Shown: positions 58,532 through 64,000 of the stretch, piece by piece
Layout of the letters: every line of letters begins with the position of its first letter
Numbering within the stretch: the first letter of the stretch is position 1
Assembly (NCBI GenBank): GCA_002633005.1
Contig: NMRA01000002.1
Location: 2,592,802 to 2,656,801 of the forward strand
DNA: 64,000 nt
Origin: Phoronis australis
Lineage: Eukaryota > Animalia > Phoronida
Direction: 5' to 3'
Position numbers and translations under genes: made by a program
The notes under the pieces: generated by a model
What the model was told of the DNA's origin: nothing
Database searches by the model: none
What the model saw: only the letters and a program-made list of their open reading frames with translations

Positions 58532-59847
58532 CTTTAACAGAAATTAACAATACCTTTAAAAAAACAATAAAATGCAGTCAATTTCATTTTTGCGTCTATC
58601 GGTGAATTAAAAACAGATATTGACATCATTTTGGCGTGGAGACCTGAGTGACGAAAGTTTTTTTTTTGGTGGGCTTGTTGTTCTTTCAACTTGTGTTCTA
58701 GGTTGTAATAAAGAATTTGATCCCATAAGCGTTGAATAAGTTGAGTGCAATACAGCCATGCGATGTTGCTATCCCGATTGCACTACCAGGACTACTTTAA
58801 CAGGGCAAAAGGTAGGTCAATGACGACTCGACGTTGTCAGTCAGCCGGCTCGGTCATCAAACTTTCCCAACACAGCTTAAAAGTAATAGAGTTGCAGCAG
58901 TATGAATAACACTCATAGCATCTGGTACAAAACTGTTAATCACACAACACTTCTGTCTGTTTTATTTGCTATACACTCTATATTATATCGCTTGCAACCC
59001 ACATGACTCAGGCACCGATTCCTCAGTAACCGCAGTGTTAATTATTGGTGCTATTAAATACTTTCAGAAAATGTTACGAACTTCAATCAAGCCCTGGAAT
59101 ACCAACTCTAGGACTTGACCTATGTATTCCATTGTTAGAGCTTGCGATCCCGAGATTAGAGTTTGCACTGTGAGTTTCTGGCTGTCTGCCTCGACTGGGT
59201 TTGATCGAGTGTTTTAGTTGCCAAATCAAGGTAAATCTCATTGTTTTCTTTTCATTTTGTCATTGTTGTTCATCAAGAAAAGCTCTTGGAGTTTGGTTCC
59301 GGACAACCAGCGATTTCTCGACAAAATTTGCCAACACAATCAGCAATTACACTGGTCTTTCTTTACACGCACCGACGTGTAGGCCTGGGTAGAGACACGG
59401 AATAGTCTGTCCTTCGACATCTTTTCAGCTCCAGTCGACATCTAATTTCGACAGCCTGTCAAACTACATACCGGGAGTTTTTCAACAAGACATTTTTTGG
59501 TGTTAAGTTCACGCAACAGTAGTTTATGGAAAGAAAAAACATTTTGTTTCTGAGTGTTTGTTCTGCAATTATAAGTGAAACATTTTGGCCCTACTAACAG
59601 GTGTGTTTACGTAACTTTCGAAAACTTTGCTCGGAATTGCGTACCCAAGCGTGTGTGGGCGTGTGTGTGGGAGGAATATATACCTTTGAATATTTGCCTG
59701 TATAAAAATAATAATTGCAGGCGGTCTGGTAAACGTTGTACCAGACGTGCGCAGGCCACGCATGTGGGCCCATTGCACTGATCACCTGGAACCATTTTTA
59801 TGCTTTAATAATATTTAGTTAAAACTGAGCTGAGGAGCTAGAGACTG

Positions 59848-60035
59848 GACTCGAGGGTCTAGCAGTGTGAGTCAGTGGGTCTAGCAGTGTGACTCAGTGG
59901 GTCTAGCAGTGTCACTCAGTGGGTCTAGCAGTGTGACTCAGTGGGTCTAGCAGTGTCACTCAGTGGGTCTAGCAGTGTGACTCAGTGGGTCTAGCAGTGC
60001 GACTCGAGGGTCTAGCAGAGTGACTCAGTGGGTCT
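59848..60035. repeat. 22-bp minisatellite, about 8.5 copies
   Basis: Unit gactcagtgggtctagcagtgt with minor variants and no spacers. Confidence 0.95.
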
Positions 60036-61103
60036 CAAACCCACGAAGTTGAGTAAAGAAGGCGGGCATCTATCATACTAGGCCACACCGCCTCCTCGTG
60101 TTTGCATGTAGCCCCGATGCCGTTTTCTTTTTTTAATTGACTTCAGAGCAGATCTGCTACTTGTATTACCTGTAAAATAGAATTTTAAAAAATGGAAAGT
60201 TTACTTTGTAAAAGAATCCAACCCTATATTGTGTGTTGCCGACAGTGTATTTGTCAATTGCCTCGCTCTTAGCGGATGGCCCCAATTTTTTATTTTCCCG
60301 CCATCCTGGCACACCATCAAAATGTCCCGCTTTCTGAAAGTCGGCTACACCATTCTAATTTATCACGCGAAATGCCTATATTTTCAAGTTCGACTAAAGA
60401 AACTGAACGCTTTGTGGGTTTTAGTGGCATTTGAAATTTCTCATTGGACTAAAAAACAAAAAAAACTCCGTCGGATAGACGATTTTGTGTGTTGCGGTGA
60501 ACTTTTCTCCCTTGTGTTTTGCCTTAGACCCAGATATCCCCTTTTATCTGGAAGTCCCGCTTTTCAATCCAGTTGCCCCGTTTTCTTATTCTCGAATGAT
60601 CGTGACAACTATGCAACAGGGGTTCAAAATAGCATTGTCTTTTCCCTACGAATATTGTTATTTTCCAAAATCCACTTTCTTTGGTAACATAACAATCGTA
60701 AAAATGTGTTCCAATTTTTCATGTTTACGGTAAAATGTATCAGGATCACTAAATTTTAAAGAGAAATTCAAAAATCAGCGCAACAACGTAGATTTTCAAA
60801 CTCAACTAATACTTATTTACTGGTAGACAAACTTCAGATTGACATTGATGTCACCGATGTATGAATTCTTATTTAATCAAAAAATATCGAATTGTGTCGC
60901 GGGCCCGCCCTGTTTCACCACGAATTAACAGGGTTCTGTCATTATGTTCTAAGTCTTAGAAGGACCCAAGATTTGTTTTGTATTAGTCACGTTCTACAAA
61001 TGGCCCCTTTGCATCCAAACAGTGCAAACAGGCTAGACATTGGGCCATTGGAGCATTCCTAAATAAACTGACCACCGTGGGCAGGCTACCTGCTTACAAA
61101 GAT

Positions 61104-62781
61104 AACAAGAGCAACGGGGAGCTTTGAAATGCGCCCACGAATGCATTGCAAATGGTGAACTTTTAGGGTTGTTTATTTGTGTCATAAAAATGGCCACCAG
61201 ATGGCGCAAAAATATACAATCCATCCGAAAACGGGAACATGCCATTGCTTCTTTAACAGAAAGCTATTACCCAAATTTCATAGAAATCCATCACCGAACT
61301 TCAGAGAAACAAAGGAAAACAGAATAAAATAAAACTGCCACTAGGGGAACACTATTCATTGGATCCGCCTGAAAGTCGTCGTTGTGCCGATGTAAGTTTC
61401 ATATATATATACACTTACAAATTAAATTAAATAAAAATCCTCCAGTGGGTTTAGGAGATATAGTTATGGTCGCAAAACAAAACAAAACAAAACTACCACT
61501 AAGAGGCGCCACAATAGTCAAACTTGTCATCGTCAACCGTCCTCTTCACACTGAGAACATATACGCCAATTTTCAAAACCATCCTTAGAATGATTTGGTT
61601 GATAGAGGGGTAGACGCCAAAAAACAAACACTAAAATGGCAAAAAATGGCCACTAGGTAGCGCAAAATACTTTTATTCTATCCTAAAACTGGAGGATAGC
61701 GTCATCTCAACAATAGATGCCCGTATTCAAAATTTTATGAAAATCCGTTGAAGACCTTTCAAGATACAGAGGTACACGTAAAACTAAAATTGCCACTAGG
61801 GGGCACACCGGTGATCAAATCCTTCCGAAAGTCGTTGTCATTCGTTGTCAACATCATATAAATACACTTCCTTAATTTAGAAAATATCCTGCTAACGGTT
61901 TAGGAAATACAGCCACTAGGAGGCACCACAGTAGTCAAAGTCGTCGGAAAATCACCCGCAACCGTCCTCTTCATACTGAGTAGGAACATACATGCCAATT
62001 TTCACAAGTGAATAGTGTCATATTATTAATACATGCCTACATGTATGTGCCAAATTTCATGAAAATCGATTGAGGACCTTTGAAGATACAGAGGCAGACA
62101 AAAAAACTAAAATTGCCACTAAGGGGCACAGCGGTATTCGAGTCGGTCCGAAACTAGTAGTCGTCTGTTGTCAACTTCTTATAAGCACATTTACTGCATT
62201 TAATAAAGATCCTGTAGAGCCTTTAGGAGATACAGCTATGGTCGCAAAAACAAACAAAATTGCCACTAGGAGGCGCCACAGTAGTCGAAGTCGTCGGAAA
62301 ATCATCGTCATCCGTCCTCTTCATAGTAAGAACATGCATGCCAATTTTCGCAATCATCCTTAGAGTGGTTTGGTTGACAGAGGGGCGGACGCCAAAAACA
62401 GACTCGAAAATACTAAAAACGGCCACTAGATGGCGCAAAATACATCGAATCCACCCGAAAACGTAAGGATAGCGTCACCTCATTAATAATTGCCTTGTGC
62501 CTAATTTCATGAAAATCGGCTGAGGACCTTTGAAGATACAGAGGCAGATGTAAAAAACTAAAATTGCCACTAGGGGGCACAGCGGTATTTGGATCGGTCC
62601 GAAACTCGTCGCCCTCTGTCGTCAACCCCATAAGTACACACCTGCCAAATTTCAATAAGATCCTGCAAGGGGTTTAGGAGATACAGCCGCGGTCGCCGGA
62701 CGCTGGACGCCTGACGCCAGGACGCCCAGACAGAGATGATGGCAATATGCACCCACATATAAATATGTGGGTGCATAAAAA
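61104..62781 (+). mobile_element. Helentron/HINE (DINE-1-like) non-autonomous element with internal ~150-bp tandem repeats
   Basis: Starts aacaagagc with subterminal atgcgcccac. Internal ~150-bp monomers in a ~455-bp higher-order unit, then a GACG-type microsatellite at ~62698-62733. Ends with a perfect 15-bp stem tatgcacccacatat-aa-atatgtgggtgcata (62746-62777) and an A run. Confidence 0.7.
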
Positions 62782-62834
62782 GCAATAAAACTGAGTGGCT
62801 ATACGACAAACCGTCAGTTGTAATCGTCTCTTGC

Positions 62835-63231
62835 CTGTTTTGAGCCTTCCTCATTGTTATTGTCGAGTTTAGTCCCGTCGTTTGCAGCGTTACCAAGCGA
62901 ATACTTCTCGGATGACGACAGACGCTTTCCGCAGTTGAACAAACGAAAGGTTGTCTCCACAACAAGGCTAAGCCCGTAAGTCACGAGGCAATATGCGCCA
63001 GCTAAAAGCCACGTGCTCTCCAACGGGGCCACACGGCTCGATTCGTCCCCCAGAGTTAGTTTGCGCTGATCGATCAGGTAGACGCACGCACACATGGCAT
63101 TCACGAGGAATAGGCCAATGGTGGTGCTGCACTGCCCACGCGATATCTGGCTCGCCGAGTGGTTACCGCAGATGATGTTCGCCCAGAGATGATATTCCGA
63201 GAATCCTTTGGCAAAGGTGCGCATGAATGCT
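62835..63231 (-). CDS. Exon resembling the TM2-TM3 region of polycystin-1-like (PKD1L/PKDREJ/REJ) proteins
   Basis: ORF 62814..63224; acceptor tcatttttag|A. FSEYHLWANII...SQISRGQCSTTIGLFLVNAMCACVY and WLLAGAYCLVTYGLSLVVETTFR match the recalled HLW...FTRxQR...M and G...LFR family patterns. Candidate donor CAG|GCAAGA (phase 0). Confidence 0.65.
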
Positions 63232-64000
63232 CTAAAAATGATAACAAATTAATAAACAACCACCACAACGGCGCATAAGTTGGATACTTACTACCGTAAA
63301 CTAATCATTCCTAATTCGTGGCCTGTGATCGTGTTTTGCCGCAAAGAAGGCAGTTCAAGTGTGTTAAGCCGCGGAACATTTATGAAAAGGCAGACGTCTG
63401 ATCATAAAACAGACCAGACCCTTAAAAAGCGAGCGCTCAAAAGGGCTTCTCAGCAGGCGTCTTACAAGTTCTCAGAATAGCATTAATACACAAACTAATT
63501 CTAATATTACGTCACTTAAAACGAACGTGCACAACCACATCCTGTCACACGTCGTCGCAGGAGCATAAACTAAAGAGCAAAAGGTTACTTTTTGACCAAA
63601 CTCTGGCGATCACTTTGTGGGCAAACAGAGACTAACCACAAGTTACATCTTTAGTGTAGCGTTCTGACGGCAAGAATGCAGCTCTGCCGTCTGACTCGGA
63701 ACAGGCGATAAAAAGGCAACCGTCTAAAGAAAGTTACCATATTGCTGCGCCGTAAGGCCCATGGGCATCTGAGCGAAACTTCGCTTACACGCGAAACCTC
63801 CAATACGCTAACCACATGGGATGTTAAGCCGCGACAAAGGCATTATTTCGGATATAGGCCATCGATCCAAGTCGCAGCAATACGGGAACATGTGTTTTTT
63901 CAGACAGCGGATCAGACGTCTGATCTACTTCCTGACCGGACTGCGTATGTAAACGCTTACAATACCGCGGTCAGATCTGGGATATCTGTGAGAAGCTAAA

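Noticed and set aside
59373-59455. Additional internal exon (AVEIRCRLELKR...)
   Set aside because: Good splice sites, but it ends in phase 2 with no compatible next exon found; unresolved.
59848-60035. CRISPR array
   Set aside because: Head-to-tail repeats without unique spacers, no cas genes, eukaryotic context.
60229-62965. Short ORFs at 60.2-63.0 kb
   Set aside because: They lie in repeat-derived sequence with no recognisable protein features.
63630-64000. PLAT-domain exons upstream of the TM2-TM3 exon
   Set aside because: Short open stretches exist (LLTDIPDLTAVL; FIACSESDGRAAFLPS), but phases do not join cleanly and the similarity is too weak to call.

Overview
Animal (invertebrate-type) nuclear DNA. 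Nearly all coding potential is on the minus strand, in spliced and often very large exons. From right to left, an exon at 62.8-63.2 kb reads like the TM2-TM3 region of a polycystin-1/REJ-family protein. A chain of phase-compatible exons (58.4, 57.6, 43.4-48.7, 33.4-40.0, 30.9-32.9 kb) then encodes roughly 4,800 aa of mostly basic low-complexity sequence. The chain ends in an exon at 30.05-30.66 kb that reads like polycystin-1 TM4-TM5 followed by a stop. Downstream (1-28 kb) lies a same-strand array of six partial duplicates of those loop exons. They share a Gly/Lys tract capped by an N-x-S-A-type motif. The longer copies also share S-I-S-x-R motifs, conserved intron positions and a Cys-containing C-terminal domain, and every copy opens with a phase-0 acceptor. 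They are either tandem paralogues or alternative 3' cassettes of one giant gene. Interspersed are MITEs, two LINE remnants, a possible solo LTR, a Helentron-like element carrying ten CTCF-like motifs, and micro/minisatellites. All family assignments come from motif recognition by eye; no searches were run.
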